A DNA stretch of 62,457 bases, filler included, from Kipferlia bialata (taxonomy: Eukaryota), in the NCBI GenBank assembly GCA_003568945.1. It is 3 parts of 3 records of this genome, joined end to end, with 100 filler letters (N's around TTAATTAATTAA, not from the genome) between each part and the next. Parts side by side here need not be neighbours in the genome. Positions count along the whole stretch, not along the records: positions 1 to 29,700 come from BDIP01000131.1; 2 more parts are not named here. One strand, written 5' to 3'. Made by a program: the position numbers and the translations under genes. The notes under the pieces are model-generated. The model did no database searches and had not been told where the DNA came from. It was given only the letters and a program-made list of their open reading frames with translations. Positions within the stretch are counted from its first letter, which is position 1; each line of letters starts with the position of its first letter. Shown one piece after another: positions 10,901-22,600 of the stretch.

Positions 10901-13900
10901 CTCTGTAGGTGTAGAGTGAGCTCTGCCTGCTTGGGGTGGTCCATGGTGCACCAGAAGGCGTCATCAGGTGTCAGCACACTCGTCGGTGCCCATGTCATTC
11001 TCTTGGTGGTCCTGGTGGAGGTGGAGGTGACAGTCAGTGTGTCAGCTGGTATCAGTACCAGCTCAGACCTCCTGTCGGCAATGTACTCCCTGAGGTAGGG
11101 GACAGCAATCTCAGCTGCTAGGAGGGGTGCCAGGTTGGGCAGGTACCACGACCTGTCAGTCAGCACCAGGTGGGGGGAGGTCTGCAGGGCACAGGCCTCC
11201 ACACCCTGTCTCAAAGCCAGCTCCACAGCACTACCCTGCTCAGCGTTAACAGTGCCATTTAGTAGGGCCAGCATCAGAGAGGTGCGCAGTGCTAGGTTCT
11301 CGGGTGGCCTCTCCGACCCCAGGGGGAAGTTCAGCTCAGACCGTAGAGGGTGCAGCAGGACATCTACCTCGTCTAACAGGAGTGTCCCGGAGCGCCAGAG
11401 TCTAAGGAGAGAGGCCAGTGAGTCTGTGTAGCCAGATGTGTCATCGTCAGAGATGGAGAGTGTATTCATGGCCTCAGGTGCCCTCGTGCCCTGTATGTAC
11501 TGTAGGAGAGTGGCCTTGATGGAGGTGGGGTCTGTGATGGTGACACCCCCAGACTCCGCGAGATAGTGGGCCTGGGATCAGTGAATAAGGTCACCCGAAG
11601 TCACACCAGAGTACGAGGAAGAGAGAGATCCATATAGCTCAGGTACCTTTCGAAGTAGCCCAGGAGCAGTAGAGTCGGAGTTTCTGGAGAAGGAGTATCC
11701 CAGTACAGGGCACCTAAAGACTTCTCCACAAAGTACACGGCTGAGAACGCTGCCTGAGGTGAGTTATTATGGACACAGAGTGCGTAAGAGCCTCTTGCGC
11801 TGTCTGCATGAGACTCTAGTTCATCATTGAAAACTATATCAATGATATCTCACCTGCCATGGGAATCAAGGGTGCAGGTGTGGTGAGTACCACTGGCAGA
11901 GTGTTTCCGCGTGCCAGGAATGCACAGAGCAGCGGGGACACCACTGTGGTCTTGCCTGTATCAGTATGAGTATCAGTAGATATTGTGGTAATACTGACAC
12001 CCCGTTAATGTTGCTCTACCTGCCCCCATCAGCATCTGTCTCACTGACGTGCCCCTCTGCACAAGGTCCAGGACAGTGGACACCTGAAGAAGTTAACACT
12101 CATAATGAATGAGACAACATAGTAGTTGGTACACTAGGACAGTGGACACCTGGAGGTTACGACCAAAATACACATAGATACACAGAAGAACACATATAGT
12201 GTGGGTGATGATCATACCTGGGACGGGCGGAGCATCATGCCACTGGCATACTCAAATGCCGCAAAGAGCCCATCCAGCCGGTACCCCCCGTAGTACTCCT
12301 CGCAGTATGTCCTCTTAGCCTCCATGATAGAGACCAGTGACTCTCTGGCCGTGTCATCTCCACCCTCCATCCTGCTCAAGAGAAGCAGGGCCCTCCCCAC
12401 CTGTCTCACCCTAGTGCACAGTAGACAGTACCTGACAGTGTCTGATGTGCCTGTGTTTGTGATCAGGGTACGCACTGCAGCTGCCGTCCTACTCTGTCTT
12501 GGAAAAGATGCTATGGCTGCTCGGTCGCTAGAGAGGAGGGACTGCAGATGGGACCGAAGACCAGCAGGGATAGAGACATGGCTGGTGGTGCTGGAGGTGG
12601 AGAGAAAGAGAGCAGTGTTGGCCCTATGGGCAGTGAGGATACGTGCTCCATCCATTGTCTGACCCAGGTGGCTATCCCCAAGACTAAACACAGCCTCAAG
12701 GGATGGGTTAGGAGTGGAACCCGAGGAACTAGACTTTGTCACAGCTAGGGTTGTTGCAACTGACAGTGTCTCTGGTACAATGGTACCCACGATAAGTGAG
12801 GCCAGATCAGCCTCTGTCTCGCCATCAGTGGGGAACACAGTCATGTGGTCTGACACCACAGGTCTAGTGGTACAATCCAGTACAGTCACCGCAACGGGGG
12901 GCAGCACTGCTAGAGAGTGCTCCACAAATGGCCTCTCCCTCACTGCTGTCTCCACTGCAGAGACAAGTGTGCGTATCCACCCCCTCTCCGGAGTCATCAG
13001 ACGGTCGAAGTTGCCGATATCCAGTTCGGATATGTTGTCAAGGGGTAGGGGGGGTATGCCATGTCCTAGGGACAGAGCTACCCCACACAGCAGAGGGAAT
13101 GTGAATGCCTCGTAGAATGGACCACCCTGTCTGGGCTGGGCCTGTGTGTACAGGTGCTGCAGGGCCATTCTGCCCCACTGCATACTCTCTGCAGGCGAAA
13201 CATGCTTGAAGGCGCCCCTCAGTGCGTCATATAGCACTGCAAAGAGAGTGTCTACAGCAGCGGAGGGTGCCAGGAGCAGTGCCTGCAGGTCATCTACTGA
13301 GTGTGGCTCTGGGTACTCTAGCGATATGAAGAGGTGGGACATGGGTACAAAGGCTGGGGGGAACCACAGGGGGTCCCCCTGGGCGGCCCTCTCCTGTGAC
13401 TCCTCCAGCCACACAGGCAGGGAGGCCTCAACAGCCCTCCAGCCACCTCCCCCGTGTGCACTAGGTATGGGTGTGCGTGATAGCGTGTGTGACCTATCCA
13501 CTGAGGGTCTCCACATACCAACCATCACACTATCAAGCACAGCGGATATCACATTACAGGGTGGGCTGGGTCCATAAGGTAGGTTCCTGACAGTGCGGTA
13601 TTGAGCCATTGGCACTGCTGCGAACCACTCATAGAGAGTGGCCTCCACGGCACCAGGGAGGCACCCCACCTCAGAGCTGCCCTCTGCCCTGTAGAGCAGG
13701 TATGACACCATGTCCTGTGTGGGATTCCATGCCTGGGGGGGCAGGGTGGGGTCACCTTGGTGCAGGAAGAGGGAGGTGAAGAGGTGGAGTCTGGCCAGGA
13801 CACCCTCCATGGGGGTGACAGTCAGGGCTTGCTCCTTAAACATGCTGCACACTCTGAGGTCCTTGTCACACAGGGTAGTGTCTGTGACAACTCGAGACAC

Positions 13901-16900
13901 GTGGCGGTGGACAAGAGAGGGGGCGCAGTAGAAGGCGTAGAGTGGGGATGCTGTGCGGAAGTCCAACTCCCCTGTCACTGGTGAGAGGTCATAGGTGTAG
14001 GTGCAGCCCATCTCAGGGCAGGCATGCAGCAGTTGCAGCATTCTGTCTGGGCGCCTAAGCACCACAGAAGACGGGAGAAGAGACAGAGCACTATAAGGAA
14101 GCACTTCTCCATGCACTAGCTCTAGGACCAGCTCTGACCCACCAGGCAGAGCATAGTCCTTGAAGGTGAGGCCGAGAGAGGGAATGTCCACAGTACCATC
14201 ACTCCACCACAGCTGGTTACATGCGGGCGCCAGTCTAAAGAGAGGGGATGCATCTGGAGCTGGGGGGTGCAACAACAGAACAGCATCAGATACAGTAGTG
14301 CCACTTGAAGGGCCCCTTCCCCTTCGCACCTCCATCTCTCCACTGTCCCCTACCAATACTTGCACCATACCCTTCTCATCGTGTATCAACCTGGTCTCAG
14401 GGGAGTACCACCAAAGTGTGTCCCCTGACTCTATCAGGGCCTGCGGTAGGCTATCCCCTAGAGACCCTGGCAACACAGCATATACCCCTCTGTCGTCATC
14501 TCTCACTGACACTACATCACACTCACTGTCCAACTCCACTGAGTAGGCAGGAGTCGTGTGTGTCTTCCATATACAACCCCCGCCTGTCAAGAGGGTACGT
14601 ACCCCGGTACCTCCGGCAAGGCAGAGAGAGGCAGTCAGGGGGTGGGTGCACACCTCAGGTGGGAGTGCCTGCTTCTCTGCGGCCTCCAGTACACAACCCT
14701 CAAGAGAGAGAGACGTCATGTCGATAGGGAGGGCCTCTCTCTCTGTGCCTCCCTCGGCATACTCAGTCACAGCCAGGGGCAAGAGCTCTCGACTCCTCTC
14801 AGCATCCCTTGCCAGACATGCAAAGCGTGTGGCATCGACATACTGTCTGTTGGCCACAGCTGTGTCTATCCATGATGTCGCAGTGGTGGGGACCTCACAC
14901 TCAGGTAACAGGTGTGCGCACTTGAGTAGGGTCTGGGCTGCTGTGAAGACGGGGCTGGAGTACTCTGTGGTTGCAGCAGTGGCTCGGTGGGATAGGAGTA
15001 GACCCTTGTTGACGACAGACACCAGCCTAGACATGGCCTCTGGGTGATGAGTACGCAAGGCATGGAGGAGGCCAAGAGGGGTACCAGTCACACTGACATC
15101 ACCTACAGGCACACTGCCTGCATCAGAATCAGGTGCACACTCCTTACCCCACCTGCCAGGCTCTGATAGGGCTGCGTAAAGCAGAGCAGTGACATGGGGG
15201 TTCAGAAGCAGGCCGGGTCTGCTGGCCAGCCAGTGTGCAAGGAGTGTGAGTCTGACCTGCTGTGCAGTTAGTATAGTGTACAGTGTCTCGGCCTCCCCCT
15301 GACCGAGCCCCTCCACCTCAGGCAGCTCTCTCTTGTACATGACTCCCTCCTCAGTTGGTGAGACAGGGGTGCATAGGCTGTGGAATCTACGCGATAGCAC
15401 TGCGGGGTCATCCTGTAAGAGATGCCCATTCAGTGTCACAGCCAGGTGCACCTCTGCCCCACTGCTAGTGGCAACGGCAGACCAGGACGGGAGGCCCTGG
15501 GGGAGCGTCTTCCAGCAGTACCTGTCCTCTTCCTCCTGGGGCACCAGCAGGTACTGGTAGAGCATGGCTATGTCCCTTACCTCCCTGTGAGTGGTGCCCC
15601 TTGCCATCTCCCTCGCAGCACTGAGGACGTCTGCGTGTCCAGTTGTGCCTAGGGTGGCATCAACAGCAGTGTACACACCCACTGCCTGTCTGAAGTCCCA
15701 GAGAGCAGTGCCTCCCTCTGGTGCAGGTGTCAGGTTGGACATGTACTCTGAGACATTGTTCCTAGCCTGTGCGTGTTGGAGAGAGGTGATACTCAGTACG
15801 GCAGTGGTATCTGCGAAGCCCACCCCATTCAGGGCTAGAGTGTTGACGGGTACTGCCTGGCCCTCTATCAGCGAGAGCCTAAGGGCAAGCGAGTAGAGCA
15901 CACCCATACATGTCACAGCCTGTGACAGAACACTCCTGTCCTGTGGCACACTCCACAACAGGGCACATAGGTGTGATGCTAGCAGGTGGCACTGACCCAG
16001 AGTGACAGGTGGTGCATCTTTGAGGTTAAGCTCTGCACCTAGTCTCAGGACATGCCCCATGACAGTGTGTAGAGAGGCAGCATGGGTCTGCAGCACTCTA
16101 GCAGAGGGTAGCACATGGGGCGTCCTGGCAGCGTCATCGAGCCTACCCATCTCTGTTGCTCTGCCCAGTGCATCCAAGACACCAGCCGTGTCCATATCCT
16201 GACACACACCCCAGTCTAGGGGGGCAGTGCATCCAGCACCTACATCCTCAGTATCAGACAGAGGGGACAGTGGGCGAGGGGGGAGTGCACGGCTAGCTGG
16301 CCATACACTGCCATGTGGCTCCACTCTCTGCAGGGGGTAGTTCAGAGGGGTCTCAGCATCCCTATCCACCTCCGTGTAGTCGAGAGAGAGAGATACCCCA
16401 GGGGCTAGTACTGCAGTAACAGGTCCCATCAGAGTCTCCAGGGCGGCACATGCAGGGGTGTACTTGGGTGGGGACCAGTGCATCACTCTCTGGGGTACCT
16501 CAGGGAGGGCGAGACCACCGAAGAGCTGGGGGAGAAGGGTCTCGTAGACAGTGCCGACAGAGTGCCTGGAGATGAGACATCACACATGCGTATACGATGC
16601 AAAAGGTAGTATAGTGCTGGTACCGCACCTCTCATCACTGACTGCCATGGCATGTGCCGCCAGTGACCTCCACCCCAGTGGCAGGGTGAGGGGTGTGTCC
16701 CCTGGCCTACCTAGACACAAGGCAGACCCCACCTCTACATGAGAGTAGGAGGGGGTGTCCTCCCTGGCATCTCTCCTACCCCCATGCTCAGGTGACACAG
16801 ACACGCAGTGCCTCAGGGGATGGTACTCAGCACCAGACCTCCTCGCATCCCCCCTCCCGTGCAGACCCCGCAGACTACCCGCATTGCACACAGTGACCTG

Positions 16901-18721
16901 TGAACCCTGCAGCACCAGGAAGACACAGTGGAACACCCCTGGGGATGACCACCCTAGTGGTATGACAGTGGCACCGCTCATTGCCTCTGCGGCCCTAGGT
17001 ACATCACCATCAGCCAGGGCCTGTGCTATGGGTAGAGAGGAGAGGAGACAGTCTCTGGCGGGTTGAGGTAGTGCAGCAGCCACAGCCGAGATACAGGCTG
17101 GAAGGTCACTGATGGTAAATACTCCATCTATCTTGTCCCATCTGACTGTATGGTCACTCGGGGCGGCATCCACTTGGGGTATGGGTTGGGGGCACGATGG
17201 CTTACACAGCGAGTTGGCCTTATCCTCGACTGCTGTTACTGGAGCATCCTCAGACACATCCTTGCCCTGTCTCTTGGCCTCGTAGTACCTCCATGTGTCG
17301 CCAAAGCTACTGCAGACCTGAGAGTGAGGGTGGAGAGAAAGATATAGCAGAACTCGAAGGAAATTACACCACACTCACTAAAGTTGATATAGGTGTTGGC
17401 GTGTACCGTACCGAGTCGGGTGCCCCCTGTGCCTTTAGCTTGGTCAGACACGTCTCGAGGGGGACGCCAACCTGGACGTTAAAGAGATATTGGGAGTGGG
17501 GGTCAATATGAAATGTAGCATACAGTATAGAGTATATTTATATAAACCCAATACTAACATCTTAGCCATTCTTTCATAGTCCCAATGACACACTGACGAT
17601 TAATATATAAAAGGGAGAAAACTGAAGGGTTAATCTGGAACAGTATTCAGGCTTGATACCTTTGCCATCTTGTGATATGCCCCCAGGTCATACGTGGGTT
17701 TAGGAGTCTGCTTTGGAGCTTGGACGGCGGGAGGGGGAGGGGGAGGGGGACCACTAGACCCTGGAGGTGACGGGGTGTGAAGGATGCGCACACCACTGAG
17801 AAGCCTCGTCGCAAAGTCCACAATGTGTATGTATGCACAGCACTCAATCTACATGACACAGGGAATATACCTGACGAGGGAGGCGGAGGGGGAGCGGCTG
17901 TACCTTGGAGTGAGTGGGAAGAGTTACTGGGAGAAGACATATCACATCACGCTATTCATACCTGACGGGGGAGGAGGAGGGGGAGGAACACCGGCAGCTC
18001 CTGCGGGCATGAGAAAGAGAGAGGGGGGAGAGGGTGGGGGGAAGAGATAAATGGTACTGAATGAACATCCCTACAATAAATACATGGCCCAGGGCTTGGT
18101 AGAGCCACCACATACCTGGAGGGGGAGGGGGAGGGGGAGGGGGAGGACTGCTAGCCCCAGGTTGAGGGGGAGCAACCACAACTACTGTCTCTGTATCAGG
18201 CTGCTCCTGACTCTGGAGGTATGAGAAGTATGCCCCACTCCCAGCTGTGCTCTCTGCATCAACCACACCAGACAGAGAGGCCTGGAAGGCAGCTATTGCT
18301 GGGGGTGAGTACATGATAATTCCATATGTATACTAATAGAGGTGGAGAGAGAGGGAGAGAGGGAGAGAGAGGCCTGGAAGGCAGCTATGACTGGGGGTGA
18401 GGAATGAATGTATAGATAGAGAGACAGAGAGAGAGAGAAAGAAAGAGGTTATAGATGAGGGTCAGTACATAAATATAGTCGACTGCACAGGAGCAATGCG
18501 GTGTGAGGAAGGATGGGGGGAAAGGGATGTAGGAGGGGGATGTGAAGTGGGTGTATATATATACGTCATGATAAGATAGGATACCATACCCTCCTCCGGT
18601 GCCCCATCAAACACCCTTGCCCTGTGCATGACTGACCCAAGAGGGAGGCCCATCCTGAGCAGTCTGTTCCACTTGGCAAAGAGAGCATCCTGGGTGGTGT
18701 CTGGGGTGGGAGAGAGAGGAA

Positions 18722-18760
<39 letters not shown>

Positions 18761-18974
18761 GGAAGAGAGAGAGAGAGAGAGACCTGATACCAGGCCCCAC
18801 CAGTATATGTGGGGCATTATTGGGAACTCTGTAAGGGATATATGGTGTACATGAGTATGCATACCTTGTTGATAGGCCCCAGCAGTACACGTGCGTGGCA
18901 TTGGGGGAGAGGGCAGCAACGGAGATGGTGGGGAGGTAGCCTTCCCAGCTGTCATTAGGGAGAGAGAATGACAT
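7810..18974 (-). CDS. Giant (~3,000 aa, ~18 exons) DUF3638/DUF3645-family protein with SecA/SF2-helicase-like motifs, N-terminal polyproline region and an inserted discoidin-like domain
   Basis: The spliced product shows QMLMGA|GKTTVVSPLL (Walker A-like, split by intron ~11956-12019), LLLDEVDVLLHPLRSELNFPLG (Walker B), LLAVPFRGKDTPSLASEYGHRDVAIAFTSLAY (DUF3645 signature), GFSGTP, LIDCGALISG, FYDQ|VHTTGTDI, VTLGK, FSQ|GCWRLR, and C-terminal EVANEREAE|VEV, SLAEAE, LQFFN. Long exons correspond to ORFs 12212-16486 and 9490-11469. The 5' end is uncertain. Confidence 0.8.
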
Positions 18975-19612
18975 TTGGCTAGGTGATGTCTTAAATAGGG
19001 AGGGAAGGGGAGGGGGGGGTCAGGAATGTGGAGACACAGTCACAATGATGTATATCATATATATGATATCATATAGATATAGATATCATATATATATGAT
19101 GTACAATTAGCTGTAAGGGAGAAGTGGCAGGTGGATGTCAATGCAGGGAACAGGAGAGGGTATTTGGATATACATGTATTCACCTGAATATGAATGACGT
19201 CAGCAGGGTGTATACAATGGTGGCACCGGCCAGACACGCAGTGGCCAGACACGCTGTGCCAAGGTTCTTCTGCATCTATTGTTGAAACACCAAGACTAGA
19301 TGGTCTAGATGAAGGAAGAGACAGCGCGAGATTAGGCATTGGACTCAACCGTATATGGCGTTTGACAATCAAAACGCCAATATGATCAGCTGTATTGATT
19401 TGAGTGATGCAATCATATTGACTTTCTGATATGGGGAGTGGAACGATCTATCTCATGTAAATGCGTGAGGGTCTATTGGGAGAATCTTCGTGTATCATAC
19501 CTGCAGGATGCAGCTTTACAGCTCCTTTACAGCTCCTTTGCTGCGAAAAATAATGCTGAGAACAGCATCAGTGTATGAATCAGACTATACGTGACTCTAT
19601 TGGAATTACTGG

Positions 19613-22600
19613 TTAGAGCTCCTTTGCTGCGAGTGCTGTGTACAGGTCCATGTCACCCCCACACCTCATGACAATGGCCATGCCACCCTGGGCCTCACTG
19701 CACCTAGGGTTAATAGTATATGTATATGTGATATACAAATATATATATTAGTATATATACCCATAATATACATACAAGTAATATATCTGATAATGGCCTT
19801 GCCACCCTGTTCCTGGCTGCACCTGATGGGTCAGGATAGATTATTATATTTCACATATACATAATCATACAAATACCTCACTGTAGGATAACCATGGAGT
19901 AGATCAGTAAGAGAAGTATAATAAATTGCATATACAATTCTACCTAAGAAGGTATCTGGCTGCTGCCACCACAAACGGCATCCTGCGTGCTGGTGCCCTT
20001 CCATTGCAGACCATCGCATCCAGGGCAGATACAATGGCACTAATAACCTAGGGTAAGGGATGTATATATATCATATATTAATGGTATATATACACTCTTA
20101 ACCATGGCATCCAGGGCAGATACAATGGCAGAGATGACCTGTTGTTATCACTCTTTTACATACTATTGTACCATATGTGTTATATAGGGAGAGAACCCAC
20201 ATATATATACTATATTTACCTTGTACTCTCTCTCCACCTCCAGTCCCGCTGTGGCAGCCAGAGCATCCCGGCCCTTGACCACTATGCACTCAGACAGGTA
20301 CAGAGACCATGCCTCGGCCCTCACATCGACTACAGGTGATGCCAGCAGGAGAGAAAGACATGAAGACAAGAGGTGGTCAGGCACACACCAGCCACAGGTC
20401 CTCATGCTGGCACCCAGCAGCTGTATGCACCCCACAGGTGTGTATGTGGTGTTGCAGAGTGTGACAGAGGGGAACCCAGTGGAAGGGGCAGAGGGGTCTA
20501 CAGTGATGCTGGATATGCTATCCACAGTGGCACTCGCTATCCTCTCAAAGGTCACAATGAGGGTATCTGAGTCCTCTAAAGCCTGGTTGGCCACAGCAAA
20601 GATAAGCGCAAGAGCGTCAACCGCGTAGGAACGCGCAGAGACTGAAACCCGCGAGGTACTGCTCTGAAGGCCAATCAGAGCGACACAGAGGAGCCCCAGG
20701 GTGACTGTATCGCTCTGTGCACACTCCTCGGGTGTACCCCCAGTCTCTCTAGGCGGCACAGCAGCCACTAGGGGTGCGTACCTCCCAGACATAGGGGGGA
20801 CAGTGATGTGGGAGGACTCGGCTACGTGGGGGAGGGAGAGAGAGAGACTGTCGCGCATGAGGGGAAGGAGGGTGAGGGGGAGACCCTGCTCTACCAAAGT
20901 GGCCTCGTTCTCAACGATGTACCTGAGAGTGAGACGAGATAGAGTCTGACTAGGTCTAGACCCATTGTGTTGATAGTGGGACAGAGAGAGGTAGAGAGAG
21001 AGATTCATATGACCCATTATATGGCTATATATACATATACATGTATACCTCTGTGCCAGTATGGGTCAGTATGAGGATATATATATAGGTAAAGTATACA
21101 GATACAGAGTATAGTACATAGGTATAAATATGCATACCTCTGTGCCAATATGGGGCACAGTGAGAGTGGTGCCGGCATGGAGAGTGCCTGGTGGATGGGC
21201 ATGCCCAGCAGTATGGGCTGAAGGAGTACAGGGGGTAGTGCAGCAAGGTCTGTCAGCTCTGCCCCCTCTGCCCCCCTGTTCATGAGACTCCTCACAAGGG
21301 AGAGGAGGGCAGAGGTCTCAAGTGCGCTAGGGACCTGAATGTGAGAGGAACACACACACACATATATATATATATGCAATTATGTAGTAAAGAGAGAAAT
21401 ATTGGCATAGAGAGGACAGAAACGAGGATATGATCACGTCAACATATGGTACCTCCTTGTAGTGTGCGTGTGGTGATGCCACAGCCGGTGCCCCCGAGAG
21501 TGTGAGTGCGAGGTCCCTCTCCCACTGTGAGACATAGAGCATGGCATCCAGAGCATCAGAGGTCACAGTGTCCCTATACAGTGTGGCACATAGTAACAGT
21601 GCCTCCATGCAAGGGGCAAGTCTCTCTCCACCATCCTCCTCCTCTCTCTCTCTCTTAACGTGCTTGAGCAGGGTAGGTAGTGCCTCAGCTGCCAAAGAAT
21701 CTCTGGCAGAAGGGTCTAGCAGGGGGTAGAGTGCACCAACCGACATGCAGCATGTCTGCAGGACAATAGGGGAGGGGAGGGAGAGAGAGCGCCCCATGTG
21801 CTGAATGGAGAGAGAGACCAAGGACTGGAGGACACCCTGAGAGACAACAAGGAGGCTGCTCTCACTCTGTGTGTCTCTCTCCCCCTGCTCTACTGTGGAG
21901 AGTGTGGGTACTACACCCCTACAGACAGAGAGGGCCAGAGCAGCATCGCGGCAGAGAGACAGAGAGAGGGAGGCACCGGCTGGGGTGTCATCACCCACAG
22001 ACCCATCGGAGATGACCTGGGGTAAGTGTATGGTACATGGAAACAGGGAAGAGTATCTGGAAGAAACAATAATAACACCACTAATTTTCATACACAGTGA
22101 ACCAACCTCTAGCAGTGTGCCCACTAGGCCTAGGACAGTAAGCACCAGTGACTCATGAGTGGGCACCCTCTGGGACAGGAGGAGAGAGGCAGACCGGAGG
22201 AGCCAGGCTAGCTCACTCACAACGGACTCGGAGATCTGGGTGTCAATACATTAACGATAACTACGGAACCAGATTTACTCAATGATAGAGTATATATCAG
22301 TGTATTAGAACTCACCTGCAGTGTCTGAGTGTCCCCTGGCCCTGCCTGTCTGTCCTGCTTGGCCTGCACAGACCTGATTATTAGAATGTATATTACATAT
22401 CACTATGTACTCGGTATAGGAGGATCAATACTTTTGCACAGACCTGGGTATAAGAATAGAATATGTACAAGTATGGATAAGAAATATATACATAAAATAC
22501 ATAATACATACATATGACATATTTGGCCTGCACAGACCTGGGTATTAGTAGAGAGAGAATAGGTAGATATATGTATATTATATACATATATGTTATATAT

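Noticed and set aside
12324..16202. Many plus-strand ORFs of 60-160 aa
   Set aside because: They are antisense shadows of the long GC-rich exon of the DUF3638 gene.
18722..18759. Long poly-G/poly-C tracts (also 29623-29650, 29818-29840 and 59417-59461) as functional G-quadruplex elements or polyproline coding
   Set aside because: They are probably intronic homopolymers of unreliable length, mostly at assembly breaks, with no independent evidence of function.
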